Positions 28,964 through 37,965 are shown, numbered from the stretch's first letter. The stretch is DNA of 64,000 nt from a virus (IMGVR_UViG_3300032236_000656:8694-72693); one strand, 5' to 3'. Numbers and translations are program-made. The notes: generated by a model not told the origin, from the sequence alone.

Positions 28964-30889
28964 GTGATTAAAACATTTTTAAAAGCCTGTGCTTTGATCA
29001 CAGGCTTAATAATAACACCTGTGACAGCACAACAGTTGCCTGCAGGTTCAGTTGGTGTCGTAACAAATAATGCACCAAATACTTGGCAGACATTTACATA
29101 TACATTTAGAGCAACTACTACTGGTGCTAACTTTATCGGATTTGCTTTTAGACAGGATCCAGCATTTTGGACTTTTGATAATGTTAGACTCACTGCTGCT
29201 GGATCAACTACTAATTTACTAACAAATGGTGGATTTGATAACGGCGGTGCATTTAGTGTAACAACTAATAATGGCCCAAGTCAAATACAAGCCCCAACTA
29301 ACTGGGGTGTATGGTATCAAAATGGCACATATCCTGCTGCTGCTGGACAATGGCAGGATGGCGGAGCACCTCACGGTGGTGTTTGGTATGATGGTGCCGT
29401 TGGATCTTTTGATGGTATCTATCAAGGTGTCAATTTAACTGCTGGTACAACATATACTATTGCATTTGAAGTATCAGGTAATCATACATCAGATGGCGGT
29501 GCTGTACAACTTGGTGCATATAGTGGTGCTTGCGCCAGCGTAAGTGTTGCTCCAAATCAATGTACAATTCCAAGTTCAGTCGGCTTTACTACACTTGCTA
29601 CACCTGCTCAAGGTGCTGCTGCTGGCGGACCTGCTGTAACTGTTGTAAGTACTGCTCCCGGGACACCAAGAGTTACTACATCTTCTGCAAATGGCGCATC
29701 TAGTGTAACAAATACTTCAACACGCGGTTTAACCATTACTGTATCAACAAATACAGCAGGAGTAACTACATATACATCAAGTTATAGAGATGCTGCTGTT
29801 AGAAATACTAGAGTAATTGAAGTAACAAGAACAACTACTGTAATTGGATCAACTCCAATGACTAGAGTTGATACACTAACAACTCCAATCACAACAGTAA
29901 CAACTACTACTGTTCCAAGAACAACAACTACAACTACTATCCTTGTAACTGTTACAACTTACTCAGATGGTACAACAACTACTAGTGATGGAACACCAGT
30001 GGTAACAACATCAACAACTAATGTTGTAACTAGCAGTTCATCAACTACAAATGAAGTAATCACACAGACAACTAGAAGTACTAATATTACTTCAAATAGT
30101 TCAAACCAGTCTGCAAGTGCTAGTTCAAATGGGTTTAGTGATGCAGTTGCAGTTCGTAGATTTAATCCATTCCTAGTTGATGCATTAAGTAAAAATGATG
30201 GTGCATGGGTTAGCCCAACTGCAAGTTACTATAAGACTGTAGGCAGCATTTCAACTGGTGGTACAGGTGCTGGTTATCAATGGACTGCTGATAATAACAT
30301 TTTTGGAGTTGCTGTTAATTATGGCAGTTCAAAGAGTAATGGTCTTGTTAATAGCAAAGTACAAAGTGAAAACTATGATGCCAATGCTTATGCTTTGATC
30401 AAAGACAAGGATGTTTGGGTTAAAACTGCTGTAGGGTTTGGCTATAGTAAATTTAACGGAACTACTGCTTTGCCAATCTTTGCATTAGCAAACAATACCA
30501 AGTTCAATCAAAAGTTAATTTATGGTGATCTAACTGTTTATAGTGCAGATACATATTTTGATTTTAGACCATTAGTTGGTGTAACTGTAACTAACAGTTC
30601 AATCAACGGCATTGTTGAAAATGGCAGTGCGTTACTTTCAACTACTCCTGAATCAAAATCAAGTACCAGTTTCAATCCATATGTTGGTTTGAGATATGAC
30701 TTTGATAAGAATTTTGGTGTTGAAGGTCGTGTTACACAGAGTAAAGATTTCAAAACTGTTGGCAGCATCCGTGCTACAGCAAACACTGAAATCGACAAAG
30801 GCATATTCCTAAATGCTTCAGTTGGTGTAGATAAGAGTTCTAACCTAACTGGCATCGCAGGAACTATAGGTCTAAGAATAGATTTTTAA
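28964..30889 (+). CDS. Autotransporter-like outer-membrane protein
   Basis: Signal peptide, Trp/Gly-rich CBM-like domain, Thr-rich stalk, C-terminal beta-barrel ending GLRIDF. Confidence 0.7.
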   Translation: MIKTFLKACALITGLIITPVTAQQLPAGSVGVVTNNAPNTWQTFTYTFRATTTGANFIGFAFRQDPAFWTFDNVRLTAAGSTTNLLTNGGFDNGGAFSVTTNNGPSQIQAPTNWGVWYQNGTYPAAAGQWQDGGAPHGGVWYDGAVGSFDGIYQGVNLTAGTTYTIAFEVSGNHTSDGGAVQLGAYSGACASVSVAPNQCTIPSSVGFTTLATPAQGAAAGGPAVTVVSTAPGTPRVTTSSANGASSVTNTSTRGLTITVSTNTAGVTTYTSSYRDAAVRNTRVIEVTRTTTVIGSTPMTRVDTLTTPITTVTTTTVPRTTTTTTILVTVTTYSDGTTTTSDGTPVVTTSTTNVVTSSSSTTNEVITQTTRSTNITSNSSNQSASASSNGFSDAVAVRRFNPFLVDALSKNDGAWVSPTASYYKTVGSISTGGTGAGYQWTADNNIFGVAVNYGSSKSNGLVNSKVQSENYDANAYALIKDKDVWVKTAVGFGYSKFNGTTALPIFALANNTKFNQKLIYGDLTVYSADTYFDFRPLVGVTVTNSSINGIVENGSALLSTTPESKSSTSFNPYVGLRYDFDKNFGVEGRVTQSKDFKTVGSIRATANTEIDKGIFLNASVGVDKSSNLTGIAGTIGLRIDF

Positions 30890-30934
30890 TTGACAAACCA
30901 GTGTGCTCATAGTAATATAACACTATGAGCACAC
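30890..30934 (+). promoter_or_regulatory. sigma70 promoter overlapped by a 13-bp perfect inverted repeat
   Basis: TTGACA-17-TAATAT; arms GTGTGCTCATAGT / ACTATGAGCACAC. Confidence 0.7.
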
Positions 30935-31248
30935 ACAATGACAAGAGCGAAACAATCTACATTGGCTGTCAATGCCATGCCCCAGAGCATCTCATCCGTG
31001 TTAGTTATTATGAATGGGTAGGAAAGGATGAGCCAGAACTTTACTTCATGCTACAGTCTGATAAAGGTCATCTCAATTTTTGGGAACGTCTAAAGATGGC
31101 TGCTAAATTCCTTATTGGTCGTGCTGATGTTGAATGGCATGATGTGATCCCCGATCACAATGATATTGTTGAACTCAAACGAGTACTTGACACATATACA
31201 GAAGACTATAAACTATACGAAGAGACTCAAACAAATGGTCGTAATTAA
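30925..31248 (+). CDS. Hypothetical protein (CxCH motif)
   Basis: ATG at the predicted +1 of the promoter. Confidence 0.6.
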   Translation: MSTHNDKSETIYIGCQCHAPEHLIRVSYYEWVGKDEPELYFMLQSDKGHLNFWERLKMAAKFLIGRADVEWHDVIPDHNDIVELKRVLDTYTEDYKLYEETQTNGRN

Positions 31249-31675
31249 TATGAATCCTTTCAAAAAGAAGAAGATGGTAACTGATCGTCAGCCTGAAACT
31301 ATGCGTCGTAGCATGATTTGGGTGAAGTTTGAACGTGAAGGCATCCACAAGTATCCTGCTGCTTTGGATGATCCAAAGTTGGCTACAGGCGATGAGTATG
31401 ATGTTAGTTTTCTTGGATATCCTCATCGTCACATTTTCCATTTCCGTGTTTCTATCGAAGTATTCCACGATGATAGGGACATCGAATTCATCCAGTTTAA
31501 ACGCTGGTTGACAAGTTTATACAATACTGCTACACTACAACTTGACTACAAGAGTTGCGAAATGATAGCAGAAGACTTGTATAAGGTAATTTCAACTCGA
31601 TATCCTGGCAGGGCAGTAGAGATTGAAGTAAGCGAAGATAATGAAAATGGTTGTAACATCAAATGGGAAGTCTAA
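31235..31675 (+). CDS. dpdL: QueD-like T-fold protein, DpdL-like (proposed CDG decarboxylase)
   Basis: LGYPHRHIF fits LxxxHRHxF; SCEMIA and VSEDNENG T-fold motifs; start uncertain. Confidence 0.65.
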   Translation: MVVINMNPFKKKKMVTDRQPETMRRSMIWVKFEREGIHKYPAALDDPKLATGDEYDVSFLGYPHRHIFHFRVSIEVFHDDRDIEFIQFKRWLTSLYNTATLQLDYKSCEMIAEDLYKVISTRYPGRAVEIEVSEDNENGCNIKWEV

Positions 31676-31676
31676 T

Positions 31677-31898
31677 ATGATTAAGAATCGTAATGTTGCT
31701 CGTGTGTTTGACGAACTTGATGCATATCGTGAATTTTGTGTAGAATATGGTTATGTCTTTAACGAGTCTGACCTTTACAAGCGTAACACCGCATACGGAC
31801 AGTTTGAACGTGTCCGTCGTGGGGATCGTGTAATCAATAACTGGGCGGAGGATGCTAACTATGCAACAGTTGCTCCTCGTCGAGTAAGCCGTCACTAA
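31677..31898 (+). CDS. Hypothetical protein
   Basis: VFDELDAYREFCVEYGYVFNE; packed ORF. Confidence 0.6.
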   Translation: MIKNRNVARVFDELDAYREFCVEYGYVFNESDLYKRNTAYGQFERVRRGDRVINNWAEDANYATVAPRRVSRH

Positions 31899-31925
31899 TT
31901 CTACATACTGCCAGGTGAGAGTTGT

Positions 31926-31957
31926 GGGGCTAGTTGTATGACTAGCCCTTTTTATTT
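31926..31957 (+). terminator. Intrinsic terminator
   Basis: GGGCTAGT-TGTATG-ACTAGCCC followed by TTTTTATTT. Confidence 0.75.
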
Positions 31958-31967
31958 AGGAGATAAA

Positions 31968-32756
31968 ATGCAAAAGATTTTGATTATGGGACTGCCTGGT
32001 GCTGGCAAGACTACTTTAGCACAGGAATTAAAGAAGCGTATTGAAACTGAATTTCAAACTGTCGATTGGTTTAACGCCGATGCTGTTCGACAGCAGTATA
32101 ATGATTGGGATTTTAGTGAAAGCGGACGTATTCGACAGAGTATTCGTATGCGTGAACTAGCAGACAAAAGTACAATGGATTTTGTCATTGCCGACTTTGT
32201 TGCTCCACTAGTTGAGATGCGTAACAATTTTAAAGCAGATTGGATCATTTGGGTTGATACTATTGATCGCGGACGTTATGAAGATACTAACAAAGCATTC
32301 GTAGAACCCAATCTATACGATTTTCGTGTACCTGAGCAAAATGCTATTAAGTGGGCTGCTTTTATTTGGGATCACATTAAGGATAAGCGCCGTCGTCCAA
32401 TATTTGATTGGCGGAAAGAAACTGTACAGATGCTAGGTCGTTGGCAACCTTGGCATGAAGGGCATCGTGCATTGTTTAAGCGTCTATTAGAGCGCACCGG
32501 GCAAGTTATTATACAAGTACGTGATGTACAGGGTTGGCAGGGATCTAATCCATTTGAAATTGAACAAGTAAAGCGTTTTATTCGTAGAGACCTTGACCCA
32601 CTATATCAAGGTCAGTATGAGATCCAAGTTGTTCCTAATATTGTGCATATTGGGTGGGGGCGTGGTGTTGGCTATACAAGTGGTGAAGAAACATTTGATG
32701 AGTCTGTGACTACTATCAGTGCTACCAATATCCGTAAAGAAATGGGACTCAAATGA
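31968..32756 (+). CDS. cysC: Adenylylsulfate (APS) kinase fused to an HxGH nucleotidyltransferase
   Basis: GLPGAGKTT, NADAVR, DFSESGRIRQ, FVAP, FVEP; C-terminal GRWQPWHEGH...ISATNIR. Confidence 0.7.
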   Translation: MQKILIMGLPGAGKTTLAQELKKRIETEFQTVDWFNADAVRQQYNDWDFSESGRIRQSIRMRELADKSTMDFVIADFVAPLVEMRNNFKADWIIWVDTIDRGRYEDTNKAFVEPNLYDFRVPEQNAIKWAAFIWDHIKDKRRRPIFDWRKETVQMLGRWQPWHEGHRALFKRLLERTGQVIIQVRDVQGWQGSNPFEIEQVKRFIRRDLDPLYQGQYEIQVVPNIVHIGWGRGVGYTSGEETFDESVTTISATNIRKEMGLK

Positions 32757-33376
32757 GTTTGGATTTTATCAAAGATATTGATAAATCAGTTGTAATATTG
32801 TCAACACCAAGAACTGGTTCTACTGCATTATGTAGAGTATTGTCAGATAAATGCAATTTACTTTACTGCAATGAAGTATTTCATCTTGATGTAAATCCTG
32901 CACATATTAAATCTTTTTGGCATTATTTTAATAATAATGTAAAAACTGCTATTAAGATATTTCCCAATCATCATAGTCAATTTACCGAAGATGAATTTGA
33001 TAAAATTATCAACAATAGTTTTGTTATCTTTTTAGAACGTCTTGATATCGCACAACAGATAACCAGTTATCATATTCTATCTAGAACTAACAAAGCCTCG
33101 TATGGAAAAAATGAAAAAACAAAAGATTATCTGGTAGATGAAGATGAGATATCTGTAAGTGTTTCTAACATTTTAAAACTGAGAGAAGATGCAGAAAAAT
33201 ATCGTAAATTAGCAAATATTACATTATGCTATGAAGATATTATAAATGACATAGTAAACGATCATATTAAAGAATACCATAAGCCCGTCAATTACTCAAG
33301 TTTAAAACTTAAGGTTGATGAAGTTCTTTCAAATTTTTTAAAGTTAAAGCAAAAACATGAACGCAGCACTTGTTGA
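32753..33376 (+). CDS. Sulfotransferase-family protein
   Basis: STPRTGSTAL (5'-PSB loop), NEVFH, IFLER...QITSY (3'-PB), YED. Confidence 0.65.
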   Translation: MSLDFIKDIDKSVVILSTPRTGSTALCRVLSDKCNLLYCNEVFHLDVNPAHIKSFWHYFNNNVKTAIKIFPNHHSQFTEDEFDKIINNSFVIFLERLDIAQQITSYHILSRTNKASYGKNEKTKDYLVDEDEISVSVSNILKLREDAEKYRKLANITLCYEDIINDIVNDHIKEYHKPVNYSSLKLKVDEVLSNFLKLKQKHERSTC

Positions 33377-33644
33377 CCCTTGGTTAACTGAAAACTGGGA
33401 ATCAGTTGATTTTCCATTGATAGGACATAAAGCGGGAAGTTGGCATAATCGTAATGCTACTTTAACAGGATTGAAAGCATTACTTCAAAGAGAAAATTTG
33501 AAGATGTACGAAGATTATGTTATTATTATTAATCCTGAATACAAGGATTATCGAACAATAACAGTTAAATTTAAACAAGAAGGTCAAGGGCTTATTTGTT
33601 TAATACAATGGATGGCTAGTAACTATTATAAGGAACGAACATGA
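33357..33644 (+). CDS. Hypothetical protein
   Basis: Overlap-coupled ORF. Confidence 0.55.
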   Translation: MNAALVDPWLTENWESVDFPLIGHKAGSWHNRNATLTGLKALLQRENLKMYEDYVIIINPEYKDYRTITVKFKQEGQGLICLIQWMASNYYKERT

Positions 33645-34723
33645 CAGTTTATCTTGTTGATTTGGAAGCAGTTGAAACACGTTATACAGCACAATGGAAG
33701 CAATACCTACCAGAGCAGATGAAGACTGCTGGAATGGAAGTTGTTGTTATTAGTGGAGGAGAAGTTCCACAAGCAACTACGCCAGGCGCATTTCTAAATT
33801 TTGCAGGAACTAATAGTTATAAGAGTCAGCAACTACTGCAAATTGCTGAATTGTTTGCTTCAGGCACAGTTAAGGAAGGTGATTATTTTCTCTATACCGA
33901 TGCTTGGAACCCAACTGTTATTCAAGTAAAGTACATGAGCGAACTACTGGGCATACCTGTTAAATTAGGCGGCATGTGGCATGCAGGATCATATGACCCG
34001 CAAGATTTTCTAGGTCGATTGATTGGCGATACTCCTTGGGTTCGCAATGCTGAATCTAGTATGTTTTACTGTTACGATCACAATTTTTTTGCTACTAAAT
34101 TTCATCTTGATATGTTTTGTTTAAACTTGTTTGACGAACCATCTAGCGAATCATTTATGGAATGGCACCCTGACAAGATACACATTGTTGGCTGGCCAAT
34201 GGAATACCTAAATGATATTCTTAAGCCCTATGTTAACACTGCAAAGAAAGATAAGATTATTTTCCCCCATCGTCTTGCTCCTGAAAAGCAGTTAGAGATC
34301 TTTCGAGATCTTGCTAAGTCTATGCCTGAATATGAATGGTTTATTGCACAAGATCATCAGTTGAGCAAGCACGAATATCATACACATTTAGCAGAAAGTA
34401 AAATTGTGTTTAGTGCTAACTTGCAAGAAACACTAGGTATTAGTGTATACGAAGGTGCTATTGTTGGTACATATCCGCTAGTTCCTAATCGATTAAGTTA
34501 TGACGAAATGTGGGACACATTCTTTAAATATCCTAGTGATTGGACTAGAGATTGGAATCAATATCTACGAAATAAGAACAGATTAATGGAACGAATTCGA
34601 AATATTATGGGCAGTAACAACGCTGATTTACCAGGAACTGTTAAGAATCTAAATAATGCATCAACAGGAAACTTTTTTAATGGATCAAAATTGTATGAAA
34701 CAATTATTGACTCACAGGCCTAA
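33641..34723 (+). CDS. GT-B fold glycosyltransferase
   Basis: FPHRLAPEK and QETLGISVYEG (ExxxxxxxE, GT4-like). Confidence 0.8.
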   Translation: MTVYLVDLEAVETRYTAQWKQYLPEQMKTAGMEVVVISGGEVPQATTPGAFLNFAGTNSYKSQQLLQIAELFASGTVKEGDYFLYTDAWNPTVIQVKYMSELLGIPVKLGGMWHAGSYDPQDFLGRLIGDTPWVRNAESSMFYCYDHNFFATKFHLDMFCLNLFDEPSSESFMEWHPDKIHIVGWPMEYLNDILKPYVNTAKKDKIIFPHRLAPEKQLEIFRDLAKSMPEYEWFIAQDHQLSKHEYHTHLAESKIVFSANLQETLGISVYEGAIVGTYPLVPNRLSYDEMWDTFFKYPSDWTRDWNQYLRNKNRLMERIRNIMGSNNADLPGTVKNLNNASTGNFFNGSKLYETIIDSQA

Positions 34724-34735
34724 ATAATCTATATT
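34707..34735 (+). promoter_or_regulatory. Composite sigma70/late promoter of folE
   Basis: TTGACT-17-TATATT with CTAAATA inside the spacer. Confidence 0.55.
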
Positions 34736-34779
34736 ATAACTATATCGCAATACCTACTGCGTTATCATAAGGAAATTAA

Positions 34780-35463
34780 ATGAGCGTTTCAGAAACTATT
34801 CGTAATCGTATTAAGGCTGATGGCGGCCGCTATTGGGCTGGAGATAATATCTCAAAGTATATCTATTTTGATGAATATGACAGACTAATTGAAGAAACAA
34901 CAAGTGCATTTGAACAAGTTTTGGATGCACTTGTAATTGACAGAGAAACTGACCCAAATAGTCAAGGTACTGCTAAACGTCTTGCCAAAATGTATTTCAA
35001 TGAAGTAATGAGTGGCAGATACAATCCAGCACCCGATGCAACAAGTTTCCCAAATGATGGGACTGATGCATACACTGGTATGCTAGTTGTTCGAAGTGAA
35101 TTAAAGTCAATGTGTAGTCATCATCACCAGCCAGTAACTGGAGTTGCTTATATTGGTATTATTGCTGCACAAAAGTTGATTGGACTTAGCAAGTATACCC
35201 GTATTGCACAATGGTGTGCTCGTCGCGGCACATTGCAGGAAGAACTTTGTAACGACATTGCTCGTGAGATTCAAAAGGCTACTGGCAGTGAAAATGTTGC
35301 TGTTTATATACAGGCAACGCATGGATGTTGCGAGAATAGGGGCATTATGGCTCATAGTAGTCTAACACAGACTACTGTACTTAAAGGTGCGTTCAATGAA
35401 GATGCTGGCACAAAGAAGGAATTCTTTGATAATATTAAGTTACAGCAAGAGTATGCTCGATGA
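34780..35463 (+). CDS. folE: GTP cyclohydrolase I
   Basis: TAKRLAKMY, SMCSHH, IGLSK, LQEEL, HGCCENRG. Confidence 0.95.
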   Translation: MSVSETIRNRIKADGGRYWAGDNISKYIYFDEYDRLIEETTSAFEQVLDALVIDRETDPNSQGTAKRLAKMYFNEVMSGRYNPAPDATSFPNDGTDAYTGMLVVRSELKSMCSHHHQPVTGVAYIGIIAAQKLIGLSKYTRIAQWCARRGTLQEELCNDIAREIQKATGSENVAVYIQATHGCCENRGIMAHSSLTQTTVLKGAFNEDAGTKKEFFDNIKLQQEYAR

Positions 35464-35666
35464 CAAGGCTTGACCCCCCAATTCCAATAATGACTCCAAA
35501 AGGTCGTGCATTAGCACACTTCATCATTGACTACGGGCCAGAGCATGATCTCATGTGGGTCTGCTTCCAGGATGATACTGGGGAATGTTGGACTTGGGAG
35601 AACGCACAAATTCGTGCAAGAGTAAATCATACTATGGGAAGAAAGACAATATCGGAGATTGAATAA
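35460..35666 (+). CDS. Hypothetical protein
   Basis: Coupled at both ends. Confidence 0.6.
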   Translation: MTRLDPPIPIMTPKGRALAHFIIDYGPEHDLMWVCFQDDTGECWTWENAQIRARVNHTMGRKTISEIE

Positions 35667-35980
35667 TGAAGTGGTTTGATAATTGGTTTAGAAAGAAGTG
35701 TAAGGAAGCGTGGGAGACTCGTGATGCTGAGCCAGCAAACCCCAGCACATATACTGTTGGTTTAAAAGCAGTATCAGCAAATCATGGATTAGACAGTCAT
35801 GGGCTAAGTCTAACTATCTACGGTGCAGATGGCGGTACTGTAATGGAATTTAGACACTATGATTCCGCAAGAGATAGACACGATCATTCTCTGCATGTCA
35901 TTAGCCAACACGAGAATTTTGAAGAGCGTGTAGCAGGGGCGATTACTATGGAAATGATGCGTAGAGGATTAACAAGATAA
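35666..35980 (+). CDS. Hypothetical protein
   Basis: TAATG coupling. Confidence 0.6.
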   Translation: MKWFDNWFRKKCKEAWETRDAEPANPSTYTVGLKAVSANHGLDSHGLSLTIYGADGGTVMEFRHYDSARDRHDHSLHVISQHENFEERVAGAITMEMMRRGLTR

Positions 35981-36495
35981 TGGCAAAGTATTATTCGACA
36001 AAGACTTATGGAACTGATCGTGGATTAAGTTGCTGCTTTAGACAGTGGCGTGCTACTCATAGTCATTGCAGTACACTACATGGATACAGCATTGGTATTA
36101 AACTTACTTTTGAAAGCGAAACACTAGATGATCGTAACTGGGTTATGGACTTTGGTGGACTAAAGCAGTTTAAAGAATGGGCAGATGCAATGTTCGATCA
36201 TACACTTGTAATTGCTGCTGATGATCCGCATCTTGAGTTCTTTCAGAAGATGTCTCTAATTGGTTATGAAGGAATGTCAAGTGGTAAACCACACGAGAGA
36301 GGAGCCTTATGCGATCTTCGTATTGTTCCAGGTGTTGGCTGCGAGTTATTTGCTAAGATGTGTTACGATGCCATGGCAAGACTACTAGATCAGTATAAAG
36401 TTGCGGGCGGACGTTATCCCGTAGGCGAGACTGTTAGACTTAAGAGTGCTGAAGTATTTGAACATGCTGGTAATTCAGCAATCTATGAGGGCTAA
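35980..36495 (+). CDS. queD: 6-carboxy-5,6,7,8-tetrahydropterin synthase
   Basis: HCSTLHGY, VMDFG, FDHT, GCELFA, VFEH. Confidence 0.88.
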   Translation: MAKYYSTKTYGTDRGLSCCFRQWRATHSHCSTLHGYSIGIKLTFESETLDDRNWVMDFGGLKQFKEWADAMFDHTLVIAADDPHLEFFQKMSLIGYEGMSSGKPHERGALCDLRIVPGVGCELFAKMCYDAMARLLDQYKVAGGRYPVGETVRLKSAEVFEHAGNSAIYEG

Positions 36496-36496
36496 A

Positions 36497-37084
36497 ATGG
36501 CTAAGATTAAGAGTGCTCGTCCTAAAAATATTATAGGAAGCGTAATTGATCCAATTGGCAACGGTGACGGACGATTTGGTAGAGCAATCCAAGAAGAGTA
36601 TGATAAAGCGGGTATTAGAACAAATCGAGGTTCAGGTCCTGATTTACCGCAGTACAATACTGAAATCAAATCAAGGAAGAAGAATACTTGGGCACCTGCT
36701 ACTATTGGAACTGCACCAATTAAGCAAATTATTGCTACTAATGGGGAAGTCTTTCTAACTAAATTAGACCAGTGGGACTTACATGTTTTAGATGATGAGC
36801 CTCTTGAATTAATCGAAACAGTTGTTTGTAAAATAGAAATCTTAGATTGGAAACCAATACATTCTTTTCTGAAGGATGAACTAAAAGATCTTGCTAATCA
36901 ATTGGCTAATAATCCGCCGTTAACTAATTGGGTTCTTGCACAAACACAATTTTTTAGAATTGAACGTGTTAAAGAATTTGATGATAAAAGTGGTAAGTTG
37001 CGTGTTAACGGAAACAAATGGAATAATATTCTAGCAATGCTAAAGTCTGCGCAGCAGTACAATAATCTATTTGAGGAAATTTAA
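36497..37084 (+). CDS. Putative PD-(D/E)xK endonuclease
   Basis: GRAIQE...GPDLPQYNTEIKSRK (E...PD...ExK). Confidence 0.5.
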   Translation: MAKIKSARPKNIIGSVIDPIGNGDGRFGRAIQEEYDKAGIRTNRGSGPDLPQYNTEIKSRKKNTWAPATIGTAPIKQIIATNGEVFLTKLDQWDLHVLDDEPLELIETVVCKIEILDWKPIHSFLKDELKDLANQLANNPPLTNWVLAQTQFFRIERVKEFDDKSGKLRVNGNKWNNILAMLKSAQQYNNLFEEI

Positions 37085-37911
37085 TGTTTGGTAAAAACGA
37101 AATTGTAGGACAGAAGTATTTCGATGCTGCTGGTGATAAATTGTTTGTCACCAGTATCTTTTATACACTACAGGGGGAAGGACCATATCGTGGAGAGCCC
37201 GCAGTATTTGTGCGTCTTGCTAAGTGCAATTTGGCTTGTAGTTTTTGTGATACTTATTTCGATGGAGGAGACTGGTTAACTTTCGACGAGATCGATTTTC
37301 GTATTGGCAATGTTCTTCGTGAGTATTTTGATGGTGGTGTTCCGGACTGGGCTGAACAGAAGATTGGTCTAGTAGTAACTGGTGGCGAGCCTATGCTACA
37401 GAAGAATCTTGGTGCATTCCTTGAACGGATGGAAGGACACTTTGCTTTCGTACAGATTGAAAGTAACGGCACTATTGTACAAAACATTCCAGATTACGTT
37501 ACATTGGTTGTCAGTCCAAAATGTCTAGAGAAGAATGGTAAGCCAGTAAAGTATCTAGAACCTAATCGCAATATGCTAGAACGTGCTGATTGTCTAAAAT
37601 TTGTTATGAATGCTGATGAGGATAGTCCATATAGTAGCATCCCCAAGTGGGCAAAAGATTTTAAGCAAGTATTCATTAGTCCTATGAATATCTATAATAG
37701 CGAGCCCCAGAAAAGTAAACAATTGCGTACTACTAAGAATGATATTACTTTAGAAGAGCGCAGTGCTGTCGACGAAGTTATCAGTTTCTGGGAAGAAGGT
37801 TTGCTGGATATGAAGGCCAACCAAAAGAATCATGAATATGCTGCTAGATATTGTGCTCAAAATGGTTATATTTTGAATCTTCAAATTCATTTATATGCAA
37901 GTTTGGCATAA
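37084..37911 (+). CDS. queE: 7-carboxy-7-deazaguanine synthase (radical SAM)
   Basis: IFYTLQGEG, CNLACSFCDT, TGGEP, IESNG, VSPK, LQIH. Confidence 0.93.
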   Translation: MFGKNEIVGQKYFDAAGDKLFVTSIFYTLQGEGPYRGEPAVFVRLAKCNLACSFCDTYFDGGDWLTFDEIDFRIGNVLREYFDGGVPDWAEQKIGLVVTGGEPMLQKNLGAFLERMEGHFAFVQIESNGTIVQNIPDYVTLVVSPKCLEKNGKPVKYLEPNRNMLERADCLKFVMNADEDSPYSSIPKWAKDFKQVFISPMNIYNSEPQKSKQLRTTKNDITLEERSAVDEVISFWEEGLLDMKANQKNHEYAARYCAQNGYILNLQIHLYASLA

Positions 37912-37914
37912 CGG

Positions 37915-37942
37915 TTGACAGCGTGGGTAAATACTGTATACT
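37915..37942 (+). promoter_or_regulatory. Composite sigma70/late promoter
   Basis: TTGACA-16-TATACT with GTAAATA in the spacer. Confidence 0.55.
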
Positions 37943-37965
37943 AAAAATAGTCCAAAAGGAGGGCT

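Noticed and set aside
34741-34779. preQ1 or THF riboswitch upstream of folE
   Set aside because: Only a 4-bp hairpin (CGCA/TGCG); no match to the consensus features I know
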